NCBI RefSeq assembly: GCF_003704095.1
Contig: NW_020847654.1
Location: forward strand, 186,001-250,000
Direction: 5' to 3'
Source: Pocillopora damicornis
Lineage: Eukaryota
DNA length: 64,000 nt
Part shown: positions 13,106 to 26,987 of the stretch, one piece after another
Layout of the letters: each line of letters opens with the position of its first letter
How positions within the stretch are numbered: position 1 is the first letter of the stretch
Position numbers and translations under genes: made by a program
The notes under the pieces: model-generated
What the model saw: the letters and a program-made list of their open reading frames with translations, nothing else
What the model was told of the DNA's origin: nothing
The model's database searches: none

Positions 13106-16100
13106 ATGAAAATTCTCAGCGCATTTGTAGGATTCTTGTCAATCCTAGCAAATGGTTGTTTTGTTGAAGGTAAATCCAAGTGAGTGATAGCCACTGTCAA
13201 AGCGACAGCACTGCTGCAATGAAAGCATTGCTTAGTCTTGTTTGAGTATTATGGATCATTTTATTCTCTTGTTGATGTCGTAAACTTCGCCATTCTTTAT
13301 TCATCTTCGACTTCATCTATTTAATTGCTCATGTGGGTAGTTAGACGCCTCCTGATAGTCAATCATCGATGCTATCAAAAAAAATGGTTGTTTCACTACG
13401 ACAAAGTTGATTTCAATCACCGCTGAGACCTCTCTGTCATATTTTTGTCACGGAAAAACTCAGTGGACTATATCATCTTGCAATATCCCGTATATTGACA
13501 ACAACACTTGGTTGTGTTGAAAGGAGGCTAACTATGTTCACATCATGTGAAACTTTCAACGATAAAAAGAAACAACAACCCCAAACGGGTTACCGCAGAG
13601 TAAACAAGTTATTTTGTCGCTGGTTGCCGGTGCACAAATCGGCTCAGTAGTAATTCCAAATATAATCTGTCTTGAAACATGTCATTATTCATTAACAGTT
13701 GAAATATGCAAGTCAGTACATTTAAATTAGCCGCGTTCTTCTCACACCTCCGCTATAGAGACGGAATTTCGCTTGAAATAACTGATTAGCCAGTATCTTT
13801 TGTATTCAAAATTAATATTAGGTTTGTAATTTGAAGGCAAAGTCGAAAATATCAACCGTGGGCGTCACGGTCCGTGATAAGCCTAACATGTAATTCCGCA
13901 TGTTATGGATTGGAAAATCACAAGGTTGTCACAAGGAAATTTTGGTCACATCCACATTTGTTCATATTTGTCAGCAGAAACTATGTACAGTTGTAAATTA
14001 AGAACAGATTTTGTCAAATGTCAACTTAAATTCTGCCCACTACAAAAATACAAAAAAGATTACCAAATCCTTAGTGATAGAATCAGAAACCACTGTCAGC
14101 CATACTTGGTACAGTGAGTTTGTTTGGGAAATAATGAAAATGCAAAACCATCGGCATGCTCGTTGGCTTATCTAAAACAGTTTAGAAAGTTGAAACTGAA
14201 CATCTGTACTTGTAAATAAACATAGATCCTTACTTAGAGATCCTTGCAATGATTCCTCGCGCAACTTCGAACATATAAACATTTGCAAGTATTTCACACA
14301 TTATTCAAAGATTACGAATTCTGAGTTTACTAAAATCGCTTTGGTATTTTTCAGGATTCTTTACAAAACCAATCAAATGTGCAGCTAGGAAAGTAGTGAC
14401 TCCTATAGATGCCCCACGCCATCAGTACTATCCCTTCTTCGTCAGTGTTTACCGATGTAGTGGAGGCTGCTCTACCAACTCACCTAATACGTACCACTGC
14501 TCCGCCACAACCTGGAACAATGTAACTGGAACTGTATTTGATTTGCAAACTAGCACCCAAAAGGTTCTGACGGTTCTAAATCATACCAGTTGTGAGTGTA
14601 CATGCGTAGCGAAGGCTAAAGATTGCTCTGAAAACGAACTTTACAACGAAGATACATGTAGTTGTCAATGTAAATACCAGGATGAACCTCAAGTAGGATG
14701 TCCCGCGAGATTCAGGTGCGTATTACTTCATCTTAACCGTGCAAGGATTTGTTTACTGGCCAGTGCCGACGAAATTGCCCATATGGTTGGGAAAACCCCG
14801 AAAGGCTTTCGATTTTTGTTGACACGGAATATTTAGTACAGCGGTTACATATTTGGACCCATGTTAGAAATTCACAAGTGTGATTCTCCCGTATATTTTT
14901 GTTCCCCATAGTATTTTGGATGAGCCGTCTTCGAATGTGAATCTTTCTTGTTTCTTAGCGATTCGAAAAGCTTTTGTAAGAGTTTCGGTTTCTGGAAAGA
15001 CTTATGTCATGCGAGTTTGCATATTCTGTTAAAGCCGGAGATAGAATTGTATGATGATGATAAAAAGCTAGAGTGTAATTATCGAACTAAGCTTCCTCAG
15101 TTTTTCCGATTTTCGACATTTTCACATCCAAAAATCCGCCTCTTATCAGGCTTATACATTCAAAGGAGTTCTGTGATGAATTCCGTAAAGCTTCTGGAAA
15201 CGTTAAATGCGATACCTTCTTGAAAACCCTCACTTAGAGATTTACTTGTGGGCCGAAACAAAATCTATGCCTTGCCCAATGTAATACTATAAGCATGGGA
15301 ATCGGTAAAATTTGGAGTAATTTTTTTCTATAGTTGGAGTCAGTTCCAGTGCAAGTGTGTTTGTGCAAGGCCAGTAGAATTTTGTCCTGTCAACATGGTA
15401 AGTGCAATTTCTGACATTGACGATCCTTTGTTGTTGTTGTTGTTTCTTATAAAAGCTGAAAAAGAGACAAGAATGGATCGCAGTGATGTGTAAACAGCAT
15501 TATGGCGAGTTTTAAGAGCTTGCAAAAAGGTACCCCTAGTCCTTCTCTCTTCCCCATTCTACTGTCAAATCACTTCCACGGGGGTTTACCCTTCTGTATC
15601 GTTACACATGTAAGGTTGAGCTCCCAGGATTTCCCAGCCAGTGAGGGATTATCCATCCTGGTCTCAGTCAGTTAAGTTTCACTTCACAGTACAGTCGTCA
15701 TCAGGAAGTTATCATTCGCAGACGGGTGCTTTCCATAAAGCGAGTCATAGAGTTTACAGCAAATATCACTCTGATCATAACTGAATTTCCGGTGCCTCTG
15801 ATGCGCGGTGGGTCTCTTATTTTATGAGAAAACCTCCGAGTTCATATCAGAACATTCAAACATTGAGTGTGTGTGTCTGTAAAGCGGGGATGCGCCTTTT
15901 TTTCCTCCACTACCATTAACTTCCTGTCCACTGTTCCTCAGGAGTGGAGTTACACAGCGTGTGGTTGCGTTTGTACTCGGTCTGTTGTGGAATTTTGTAA
16001 ATTGGAGAAAAAAGTCCTCAACGCCTCAACTTGTGAGTGCGAAGAACCTAAAACAATAGTGAAAAATTTAAATCCTGGTGTCCCTGGCAAAAGAACTGGT

Positions 16101-17765
16101 AAGTATTAAACTGAAAAAGATAATATGTGTAAGCTTGGCTTTTAATACGAAAGGTGTACCATCTGCGCAGGCACGTTTAGAATGGGCAAACGGAGCCTGC
16201 CTTCTTTCTCATTTTTCTATGTTTGTTTCATTTTTTTTCTTATTTTTGTTTTGCTTTAAATTTTGCCTTTTAATTAATTTTCTTTGGAGTGATAGTTAAG
16301 CTGTTGATGGTATGGGTGAGGTATCATGAAAAACCGGTTGAGGCTTGTATCAACAGGAGATACGTTACCATTATTAGTGAAATGCGACCAAGGATTTACG
16401 CCTTAAACTGCAGCCATGCAAAACTCGCTTTGTCAGTTAATTAATCGATCTCAAATTCAATTTTAGCCGAAGTAGTAAACCTGTTTTTGATCACTTTTCC
16501 GAAAAAAAAAGTCCGGCTTATTGACCTGGGATTGAAATTGATGAACTGAAAAATGATCGTGGGCACTTAGTTGTTGTATCGAGTTGCTGTCAAGTTGGTA
16601 CACACGAGATAATCGTATGGAAGGTCCTATGGTTTCCTTTCTAGGGTCCTCTGATTGAAATTCCTCATTTCTTAGCCTGTAGGACAGTTTCTTCTAAATT
16701 GTACTCGAAAAGTCCAATCGTCGGCATTGCTTACCCCTATTTTCCTTAAACACAACAGATTTCGGTCTCTTCCTTTTTCAGTGGAGACAACGAATTGGAA
16801 GCAGTTTGTGTTATTTATGGTTGGAGAGTTTGTCGTTTTAATTCTCCTGTTTGACTTGGTCATATACTGTAAATACGGGGGTGGAATTATCTGCAAAGCC
16901 TGTCGCTGTCCTCGTAAAGGTAAAATCTCAAAAAATTACTTCTCTCTTTTAGTCCTATCCCACATAAAAATAATTCATATAATCCACGATCATAACATTA
17001 ATATTTTGACTCCATTAACCAAATGTAATAGTGCAATTTTAAGCAACAGCGACTTCCTATTAAAAAATCTTTTGCTTTCCTCTTAATTGAAATCGGTCCA
17101 AATCTCAGTATCGGTGATATTTCTCCATTAACAAACCTATGTGAAGTGACCAGTTTGTTTGCATATCGAAATTAACTTCACTACATCCTTTTAGCGCAAT
17201 GGAAACCTGAGTGACTATGACGTGGGAAAATAGTGAATATTTGCATGTTGTTATTTACCTTGACTTTCTCTCAGCAAAACGAGCACTGTGATTGGTTGTT
17301 TCTTGTTCACGTGTCACTGATCAAATTCAAATGTACCCGATCGGGATACAATAGCGCAGTTGTTGCCCGCGCGCCGAATACAATAGCATGTTTTTGCCTC
17401 ATGATTGTTTAAGGGAAAGTCTAAATACATAACAAACCAATTAATGTATGTTCCCTCGGGAAACTAGTTAGTTTTGTTTTCCCTCGAGTCCTGATGTTTC
17501 CCTCAACCTCGTCTCGGAAGCATCAGGACTCTGAGGAAAGTAAAACTAACTGTTTCCCTCGGGACCATACATTAAGTGTGTATTGTTTTTCTCTTTAGAA
17601 AGGAGGATGAATCAGATGTCTTGGTACAACTAAGATCGATTTATTTCCATCTCTTGCTTCACAGATACTTCAAATAATGGTCAAGCAGTCGTTAATCGTG
17701 GAACTTCAACTGGACTTAATGCAAGTAAAGATAATAGTCCTACAATTGGTAATAAGTTTCTATAA
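13106..17765 (+). CDS. Membrane-anchored PDGF/VEGF-domain protein 1 (about 294 aa); exons 13106..13169, 14355..14715, 15334..15397, 15942..16098, 16782..16919, 17665..17765
   Basis: Signal peptide MKILSAFVGFLSILANGCFVEG; VEGF-like core C..YYPFFVSVYRCSGGC..C..NHTSCEC; CX10CXCXC repeats; TM FVLFMVGEFVVLILLFDLVIY. Junctions are in frame and total 885 nt. The exact 3' end is less certain because there is a possible extra donor near 17748. Confidence 0.88.
17270..17584. repeat. Non-autonomous interspersed repeat with a long internal hairpin, in the last intron of VEGF-like gene 1
   Basis: Imperfect inverted repeat: aatgtatgttccctcgggaaac-tagttagttttgttttccctcgagtcctgatg ... catcaggactctgaggaaagtaaaactaactgtttccctcgggaccatacatt. 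Outer boundaries are approximate. Confidence 0.6.
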
Positions 17766-19368
17766 CAGAAGAGAAGTACGTATCAGTCTCGACATGCCCC
17801 TCTAATACCATCAATCACATTAAATCATTTACCTGGAAAAAAGGGATCATAAACAACTCGCTGCTTGGCAGCATCATCAATAGCGTGAGTGACAAGAAAC
17901 GGCTCTAAATAAGCTTAAGAAATTGTAATACCTTGCCTAATTTGACATCGTCAATGTTTTTCTTCCCTCGAATTGTTTATCTCGAGGTTTTGTTCTATTT
18001 TAAAGAAATAGTGTGTGACGCTTAAAGTGACTGGACTAATAACATCGTTTCATGGCTGGTTGCAATAGCTATCATGACTGCTATGCTCCTTCAGCTTTAA
18101 GTGACATAAATCAGTCCGCCAGAAAGACCTTTCCAGCTATATCCATCTGATAAAGTGTCTCTTCCTTATGACAGTAACTAATGCTTTGCTGGAAAAAGCT
18201 AACCAATGGTAATGTATAGTTGAAAGAAAGCCAGGGATATTTTTAGAGAAGCACGCATGAATCTTTAAAGGGGTAGATTGACGCTTGGCGCACGTGCAAG
18301 CTTCTAAGCAGCTTATTCAAATCGATTGTTTGTTCAACTGTTAGAAATGACCTTAAAGTCTTACACGTGTCCAGAAAAAGGTTCGGGGACTTAGAATCTA
18401 CTTAATAATCTGTGTCAAGAGAACCTAGTCTCTTGCCTGTATAAATATCACATTTTTGGCATAAAGTTTACCATTTGAGTGCTAGAGCTGCTGCTATTGC
18501 TGCAGTAAGAAACAGTGCAAGAGAGAGGGAAGTTCTTCTCACGCACTGGAGTAGGAAAAGACAGATTGAGAAATGTCAACAGCATTACCACGCTTTGAGG
18601 ACTGACAATGAAATTCTCTCAAACGAAACGGTTTAGCTTGTCGCGTTATGCTGAAGAAAGTCATTGAGACAAATTATTACGTAACAGAAAAGGTAATGAA
18701 AAAAATTATAAACTATTTTTCTTGTAAAATTTATTGCAGAACTACGCGAGCGTAGATTTTCAAAATGAAAATAAAACGACACATGTAATGTACTGGCCAA
18801 TTGCTCCTCCAGAGTCCCATATATATTCCAGTCAGTAAACTAAGCCGGACCACAAGTGCTTTCGAACGAAGAATAGGAAGTAAAATCTTCCATATTCTAA
18901 CTAGTCTTGACCATTTTTCGTGTAATGTTTAGACAGGGAATGTCGTACATTAACCTCTCGATAACTGCCTGTGTAGAGCCTGTTAACAGGTTTATATCGC
19001 ACTTTGGCGGCCGAAAATGATAACCCTAACCTCCACACCCGCTGGTGAGTGCCGTCACCTCGTATCATTTTAAACGGTGCGAGAAAACGAATCAATGTTT
19101 AGGTTAAAAAATGTACGCGATTTGAAATTAAAACCAAAAACGAGAGAGCAACTGAACAGACAGATTGATACCCAGATTCCTTCCTCCCTAGGGTGGAAGA
19201 AGATAATAAGGGTTGTGATATGTCGCATTTCGTGGTGTTGCCCAGGGAAATTATATCATTACACAGCCACGTCAAATACACCCCAAGCGTGAGATTAAGG
19301 TCGAGAAGTTCACGATACCCGAGACTCCGCTTAATCTACTTCTCAGTCCTACTATCTCTGCTCTATTT

Positions 19369-20103
19369 AACAAATGGAGAACCTTGACTGTGCTCTATTC
19401 TGTTGTAAAGCACATAGGAAGCGGCTTGAGCACCAAAGAAGTGTAGGGAGAAACACGAGACGTAGTCAAAAGAAGTTTAGGGAGGAACGCTTCCCGCGTA
19501 CTTTACAACAAAACAGAGCACATTCAAGGCTTCTCTATTTGTTTTAAAGTAAAGAATCCGTTAATTAACCCCCCCTCCCACGTGTTACTTTCAATTTTCA
19601 AAACAAACTTAATTTCCAAAAGAGCAACAGAGTCGTCAGCATGCTCTATACTCTCATAAAGAACCGCTACAATAAGTCAGTCAGAATCCTTTTTAAATGG
19701 TTCAAATAATTTGATTGGTTGAACAAAAGTAACGCTGTCAAAAATGTCAAAACATTAAAGTTCACAATCTGTTCGGCAGGTCGAATTTAACACTTGCTGG
19801 AAGTTTTTTAGTCTCTAATGTAGAATCTGGAAGTGAAACGTTCAGTAAAATTCGGCCGAATTGAAGCTCATAAAAACACGCGAGTTTCCTCATAAGACGA
19901 TTAGAAAACAAACTGCCCAAGACGTGAGTTTGGTGAATTAAAGACAGCCAAATTCACAAGAACATGAAGATTGCTTGGGATGACAACGCCGAAAAACTCG
20001 GTAGCTGTGACTGAATGGCCTTCCACACAACGCATCGGAAAGGATATTAGAGCAAGTCCTTAGTTTTTCATTCGAAGGGTGGCCGTTGTAATGTCTGAGG
20101 CTT
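19369..20103 (+). repeat. Interspersed repeat (hairpin/MITE-like head 19369..19543), left part; interrupted at 20103 and resuming at 38425
   Basis: Colinear, inverted-orientation similarity to 24088..24922 over its whole length. Head is the inverted pair aacaaatggagaaccttgactgtgctct / agagcacattcaaggcttctctatttgtt. Confidence 0.85.
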
Positions 20104-20382
20104 TCGCCCAATGTAAGGTAATCCGGATTCCGGAATCCAGGAAATTCTTGGTCGTGGAATCCGGAATACTGGGCATTGGAATCCAGAATCCCGCTAAAGA
20201 ATGAATCCAGAATCCATTAAAATCGTATAGACGGCTTTCACGCGCATCCATGCATCCACGGTCATGCTAAGATGCAGACTGCAGACCATGTAGACCGCGC
20301 TTTGTTCGCTGGAGAATTTCGATTGTTACAGCTCGCGAGAAACTGACAAATTCAGTAATGACCTATCACCCAATCGACTTCG
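20104..20382 (+). mobile_element. 5' part of a GGAATCC-rich TIR element, truncated by an assembly gap
   Basis: Near-identical to 20590..20889; starts with TIR TCGCCCAATGTAAGGTAATCC. Confidence 0.85.
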
Positions 20383-20482
20383 NNNNNNNNNNNNNNNNNN
20401 NNNNNNNNNNNNNNNNNNNNNNNNNNNNNNNNNNNNNNNNNNNNNNNNNNNNNNNNNNNNNNNNNNNNNNNNNNNNNNNNNN
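20383..20482. other. Assembly gap (100 N)
   Basis: N run. Confidence 1.
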
Positions 20483-20589
20483 ATCCTCAACGTAGAAGAT
20501 AAAAGAACGAAGTTTGAACGGTCAAAAGGAGATCTTAGTCAATTTTCAGAATCATGCAAAGGATCTTTGACACGAGCGCGATTGAGCAA

Positions 20590-22728
20590 TCGCCCAATGT
20601 AAGGTAATCCGGATTCCGGAATCCAGGAAATTTTTGGTCGTGGAATCCGGAATACTGGGCATTGGAATCCAAAATCCAGCTTTTGGAATCCAGAATCCCG
20701 CTAAAGAATGAATCCAGAATCCATTAAAATCGTATAGACGGCTTTCACGCGCATTCATGCATCCACGGTCATGCTAAGATGAAGACTGCAGACCATGCAG
20801 ACCGCGCTTTGTTCGCTAGAGAATTTCGACTGTTACAGCTCGCGAGAAACTGACAAATTCATTAATGACCTATCACCCAATCGACTTCGATACCGACATA
20901 GCCAAAGTTCCCTACTCAGTAACTATCGATCAGTCTTCTACACCGATTCAAAAACCTTCCTAGTAAAGTTCGATTTTAGTTTGCAGCACTTTCTTTACTG
21001 TAAAGCTCTTTGGGCTGTCTTGTGAAGATCCAGGTAATCCTTACCTCTAAGTCAGCGTCACGGTCCACACAAATTACATCTTGCCGCGTGGGGCTAATCT
21101 GCACGAGCTCGAGAAACTTGACCCCGCAATTTTGTCTTGCTAGATAACGCGAGCTCGAAAGAACCTCGTAAAATTTCCTCATGTGATGTCCAAAAATTGG
21201 AAACTGTCGCAACGTTACCGAAAGAGTAAGAAAATGGTGTATACACCTTAATCATATGTAAAAAACATTTTTAAAAAAGCAAACAAAAAAGTTGCACAGT
21301 CTGCACGGTCTGCACAGTCTGCATGGTCTGCAGTCTGCGTTTTATCATGACCAATGCAACCACTGTAGAGTGCAGGTCACTCACGTGGTCGATGGGTGTG
21401 TAAATTTAGAGGGACTAAAGAGATTGTTTACGTAATAACAGCATTCAAATCCCACAGGATATGCTTGGATTCCAACATAGCGACAGACCACACGTTACCA
21501 ATTACGATAAACTTTGAATAAAGATATATCTGAATACTAATAAAGACGGGAGAGGTCTATTTCTAGGTCAAAATTTCGACATTTAAACATAAACCGCTTT
21601 CTGTAATATTTGACATTCGGAATAACAAAATTTAAGATTTCATAAGGCACCATATCTCAGTACAAATAAAGTAAGATACAACCAGATTTTAGGGTCAAAC
21701 AGGAAAGAATCATTAGAATCATTGCTCTGGAGAAATCATGGCCGACGTAATGTGATTTGACTTGGCTAACCTCATAAAGAGAAAAGAAATTGTAGAAAAG
21801 CGAATCTCTCATTCTTGGAAAATTACCGTGTAAATGCAGATCTTTTGCGATTTTGCAAAGGTTTAAGTACAGTTGAGTTGGTTGAACACCGTTTTATGCG
21901 CAATCTCATAACGTCGAACATCATCGCCAATTACATATAGGAAAACAAGCTTTTCTTGGTCATAGTCTGCGATTTATTTGCGACATACACGGGGTGTTAT
22001 TAAAATTATATTTCAGTTTAAATTTTTCGTTACTACTATGGTTTTTGTTTAAAAGGAAAGTTAAAAAAGTAATTTGAGATGATAGGGAAATATTTTCGAG
22101 TTGTTTTGTTGACAGTTCTCCATAAAGTCAATTTTGGATTACAAAAATTGGCCACCTTTTCCCAGTCAGAAAATATTATGCTTTGCTAAAACAACTTGTT
22201 AGTCCAACAGTTATTTAAAAATTAAAAATGATAAGCAATGATTTGAACTATTAGTTCTTTTGATTCCGCTAAATCAGTTGAAGAACCTGGAGCAACCTGA
22301 ATGAAAGAAATATGGTACACCTCTTCAGAGTTGCTAAAAAGATGTAAAATGAATGGACATTGGACCTAGCAGACAGACAGTCTCAATAGGTATTCTTAGA
22401 AGAAAAATTTATGCCTTGATTTGCTGTAATATATTTCTTGTAATTAATAAACTTTTTTATGTAAAGATGACTATACAAACATGCATTCACACAACATGTC
22501 CTTCAATAACGAAATCGCCATTGAAGTCATTCCTAGAAGACGAAATGCAAAAATTAGGAGCAAACCAGAAAGTAAAATCTGGAATCTTTTATGTTTTGGA
22601 ATCCGGAATCTGCACAGGTAGAATCCGGAATCCAACATCTGGAATCCGGAATCCAACATCTGGAATCCGGAATCCATAGCTTGGAATCCAGAATCTAATA
22701 CTGTCCTGGATTACCTTGCATGGGGCGA
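20590..22728 (+). mobile_element. Complete 2.1-kb non-autonomous TIR DNA transposon with GGAATCC subterminal repeats and 6-bp TSD GAGCAA
   Basis: Left end TCGCCCAATGTAAGGTAATCC, right end GGATTACCTTGCATGGGGCGA; GAGCAA at 20584..20589 and 22729..22734; no transposase ORF. Confidence 0.9.
20766..21353. mobile_element. Nested TIR element (GCAGAC/GTCTGC subterminal repeats) inside the 2.1-kb element
   Basis: Ends ggtcatgctaagatgaagactgcagaccatgcagac / gtctgcatggtctgcagtctgcgttttatcatgacc; flanks atgcatcca / atgcaacca resemble a 9-bp TSD with one mismatch. Confidence 0.7.
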
Positions 22729-23438
22729 GAGCAAACACATGGATTTGCGTTGTTTTTAAGATGTTGGTGGATGTAAGCTAGAGATATACCCGCGGGTTTG
22801 AGGCAATCTGTGACCTCATTGGTGTATAAACTATGCACTGATATGCTTTTTCAGTCTGATTAACGCCTGTATTTTGAGAATTCTTTCGTACAAAGTAGTG
22901 AATTTTTGATATGCAAATTAAGGTCGAAGAGAAGGGTCTCCTCTGATCACACTGGTGTGAAAAATATTTCAGCTGACGTTTTCATATTTTGTCGGTGAAC
23001 TAACTGAATACATCTTGTAACTTGTAGAAAGATAGAATTCCGTGAGCTACATTGTTGCAGTCGCTGCGCGCTGGACAAAATTTTTGAAATTTTACACTTT
23101 CGATCGCTACCACAGGGGTGGTTTTGCCAAAAATCATTTTTGACGGGAAGTCGAGAGGACCGCTCTTAGCGAGAGCGGCACTTAAAGCATGTCACGTAAA
23201 GAGCGCTGCATTTACGGTCATTTCGCATTAACATTAAATTTGTATTTATTTTTTAATCCCAAACTCTCGGCTATAAGCCGAACCCCGCTTCTTGTGAAAA
23301 AATCTCCAAAACTTTTGTATCAAATACTTAAAAATCGCTGGGCTTATAGGTGAAGAAATACGGTATATACATGTATTATTTAATACTTGGAGTACAGTGT
23401 ACTCGTTAGGTAGGTAAATATTTTGTCATAACGTTTAC

Positions 23439-26400
23439 CTTGGTGTAGCGTGGAAATTCCGGCAGTGAATATGAAGGACGCTGTTTAATTTTGCAAGCCT
23501 TTTCAGTTAGTTCTTCCTCTCTATCTTTTTCGTCTGCGTTGCCTTTCTTTCTCTCCTGCAAATGGGTGAAATTCACATGAGAAGAATATATCCAATGGAT
23601 AATGTTTCAAATGCAAATTATAATAAAGTTGGGATGTGTCACGCGCTGTCCTTTGTTGAAACAGGGTACTCTTGAAGAGAATGGCACAAAGAGGAAGCGA
23701 GCTAAAGCTGTCACGCCAACTGCCAAATGTACAATATCCGACCTTTTCCCGGAGTTCACTCTAGCTTTCTTTTTGTTAATTGTAGGTGAAATTTCGGAAC
23801 AAGCAAGTCGGCAAATAGCAACAGAAGAACTAAACAAAGACTTGTAAACGTGTCAAGCGCCGTAATTGACGTTATCATAACGCAAGCAGAGACAAAAATC
23901 CTCTAGGTTTTCAAATTCGGTTAGATTGCAAGCTTACTTACGGTGATAAAAATCAAACACAGCTAATACTTGTGTAGTATATACATTTTCGTATTCATTA
24001 AACAAAACAGAAAAGAACAGGAATGATCAAAAGTATAGCCAAACTGGCATAACTGTTAACAATTCATACTAATAACGAAGAAGTCAGGCGACTGCGATCA
24101 TGCTGACGTCCATCACGGCTAGCTCATCATGGCGATATCCGGTCATTGCAGGGAAGCAAGCCTCAGAAATCACATCGACCGCCCTTCGAGTGAACAACTG
24201 AGAGTTTTCCCTGATATCCTCTCCGATGCGTTGAGTGGAAGGCCACATCAGTCATAGCAGCCGAGTTTTACGGCGATTTCATATCGAGCAATCTTTATGT
24301 TCCTGTGAATTCGGTTGTCGTTCATTCATAAAACACACGCCTTGAGCAGTTTGTGTTCTAGTCGTCAAGTGGAAAACTCGTGAGTTTTTATAAGCTTCAA
24401 TTTGGCCGGATTTCGCTGAACATTTCACTTTAAGATTCTGTATTTGAGACAAAACCTTCAGGCAAACGTGTCAAATTCGACCTGCCGAACTATTCCAGTG
24501 TGTAAGCAACTACAAATTGTGAACTTTGATGGTTTGTAGACTTTGATGGTTTGAAATTTTTGACAGCTTTAGTTTTGTTCAACCAGTCAGATTATTTGAA
24601 CCATCCTACCAAGGATTCTGATTGGCTTATTGTAGCGTGCTTGAATATAAGAATATAAAGAATATAAAGAATATATAGCATGGTGACGACTCTGCGGTTC
24701 GCTTTGAAAATAAAGTCTGTTATGAAAATTGAAAGCAATGTGTAGGGAATTTAACAGATTCTTTATTATAAAACAAATAGAGAAGCCCTGACTGTGCACT
24801 CAAAAAGTGGGGAGAAACACTCGACCACGTCTCGTGTTTCTTCCTACTCTTCTTTCCTGCTCTAGCCGCCTCCTACGTGCTTTACAACTGAACAGAGCAC
24901 AGTCAAGGCTTCTCTATTTGTTGATGAAACTGCAGCCGGTCTTATTAATGCACATATCTGCGCGGAAGACAATTTGGCGTCGTTTATCTACATTACAAAA
25001 GGCGAGAAAACTTAACGATGAAAAGGATTAAAATCTTCCAAAGATTCGAAAATTACGATACACCCTTAATCCCAATCTGAAAGTCATAAGGCCCGTAAAA
25101 CTTGTGATTGAGACTTGATTTCAAAGAGCCGCCATCTAGCACTTCGGAATCGCGAAGCAAACAACTTAGGACCGAAAAGCTTTCTGCTGATAAATTGCAG
25201 AAATTTGAGAGAACAAATCTATTTTTCAGAGAAACCTGAACAGAAATGTCCGATTTTTAAAGAAAAAACTTGTCTGGCAAGTTTTTCGCCGGCTAAACAG
25301 AAAATGTTTGCATGTTTTCAATGATGGCGGCTAAACAGAATTTTNNNNNNNNNNNNNNNNNNNNNNNNNNNNNNNNNNNNNNNNNNNNNNNNNNNNNNNN
25401 NNNNNNNNNNNNNNNNNNNNNNNNNNNNNNNNNNNNNNNNNNNNNNNNNNNNNNNNNNNNNNNNNNNNNNNNNNNNNNNNNNNNNNNNNNNNNNNNNNNN
25501 NNNCAGTAAAATGTACTCGTTAGCTAGTTAGATATTTTACCTTGGTACAGCTTGGAAATCCCGGCTGTGAAGATGAAGGACGCTGTTTAATTTTGCCAGT
25601 CTTTTCAGTTCCTTCTTCCTCTCGATCTTTTTCGTTTGCGTTGCTTTTCTTTCTCTTCTGCAAATTGGTGAAATTCACACGAGAAGAATATAATACCAGG
25701 GAAACTTCCCCAAACGACGGTTAAATGGCAATTGATAAACGAAAAAACTTACCGAACCAAGATTTTTCTCGTGCGATCAGTAGTACATCACCAAAAAGTT
25801 TGAATCATGATAAAGCGAAGAAACCTTTCCCTTCAGTGAACAATGTCCTCGCTTTAAGAAGACAGACTTTTACTTTTAAATATCACTCAAACTTATGTAA
25901 ACAAAAAGCTCAAATTTCGGTTCACTTCAATTTCAGGCGTGAATTTGCATAATCTTTCATCGACGAAATCTTCATGAATTTCAAAGATCAAAACCATTTT
26001 CTAAACTACATCTGCTTTATCTTTATCCACTTAGCCACTTAGTGGAACATTACGTAAAATACGTCACGCATGTTACTAGGTAACAGTGCTCAAACATATG
26101 TTCACAGAAATACATATTTTGCCCGTGTCACACCTGAACGGTTCAAGTCGTCATGAAAATATAAATAGAAAATTGCTAAAAGTTTTTGCACAAAGCATAC
26201 TTTCTCTGATATATACAACACACGTACTACCTTAGTACTCCAATATAATATAAACTGCTGTTAGAATGCTGGATAAGTAACTAATTAACAGCTAAATATT
26301 TCGTGAAAGGCACAGAAACCAAACTGACTTACATGTCCTTTGCGCGAATTGTAAGGATTATAGGCTACTCCAGATTTGGTTAGCTTCTCATCAAAACTTT

Positions 26401-26551
26401 TAGTCGAATGCCATAGGTCACGTTTTTCGCCTCCTTTGACGGACATTTTTCGAAAAGTTTGACTGGCGACAAGTTCCTGAAAGATGCTGTCGCGAGGATA
26501 GGTAGTTTCACAGCAATTCAGTTTGTTTATTAAAATTGTCTTGGTTTCCAT
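23439..26551 (-). CDS. Putative small charged protein of unknown function; exons 26551..26333, 25657..25541, 23555..23439 (3' end unresolved)
   Basis: A 73-codon ATG exon ends at a phase-0 GTAAGT donor. Two paralogous 117-nt phase-0/0 exons follow, each with a TGCAG acceptor, GTAAA donor and open frame (KRKKSNANEKDREEEGTEKTGKIKQRPSSSQPGFPSCTK; ERKKGNADEKDREEELTEKACKIKQRPSYSLPEFPRYTK). The model spans an N gap. Confidence 0.45.
24088..24922 (-). repeat. Uninterrupted copy of the repeat at 19369..20103 + 38425..38498
   Basis: Its reverse complement reads through the junction ...tctgaggctt|gcttccctgcaatgacc... (24151..24170), matching both separated parts. Confidence 0.85.
25345..25503. other. 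Assembly gap (159 N)
   Basis: N run. Confidence 1.
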
Positions 26552-26987
26552 GACATAAGAAGGATATGTTTACACTCATCAAAACATTATTTTTCATTGG
26601 TTTAATCACAATAAGATGGCAAAAGATAGACCAATGCTGTGAGACTTAAGAATAAACAGGATTTTCCCACGATTCGATTCGATTCGATTTCCGTGTGATT
26701 CGATTGCGGTGCTGACCAATTTCTGTCTCCATCTTTTATCACTTAAGTTTAGGGATTTTCCTAATTTTGCCGTAGCTGAAAATCTTTCAACGTTCCTGGA
26801 ACTAGTGGGAGTTAGCAACTGCCTGTTTTTATACGTTTCAAAGTTTCAGAAGCTCATGATGACTCCGCCTGCGATCGGATTTCAAACTGCAGCCGGCTGT
26901 TCGCAAACGAAAGAAAATTATTTATGTGTACACAGTATTTTTAATTAACTGCGACAAACAACGGTTCAAAGTTTTATTCTAGAAAAA

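Noticed and set aside
22353-22679. ORFs 22353..22679, 38062..38331 and 38255..38488 as duplicated genes or a transposase
   Set aside because: They lie in repeat copies, the frame differs between copies, and there are no transposase motifs.
20104-22728. GGAATCC(G/A) and GTCTGCAC short repeats as a CRISPR-like array
   Set aside because: No unique spacers and no cas genes, in a eukaryotic context; they are subterminal repeats of TIR elements.
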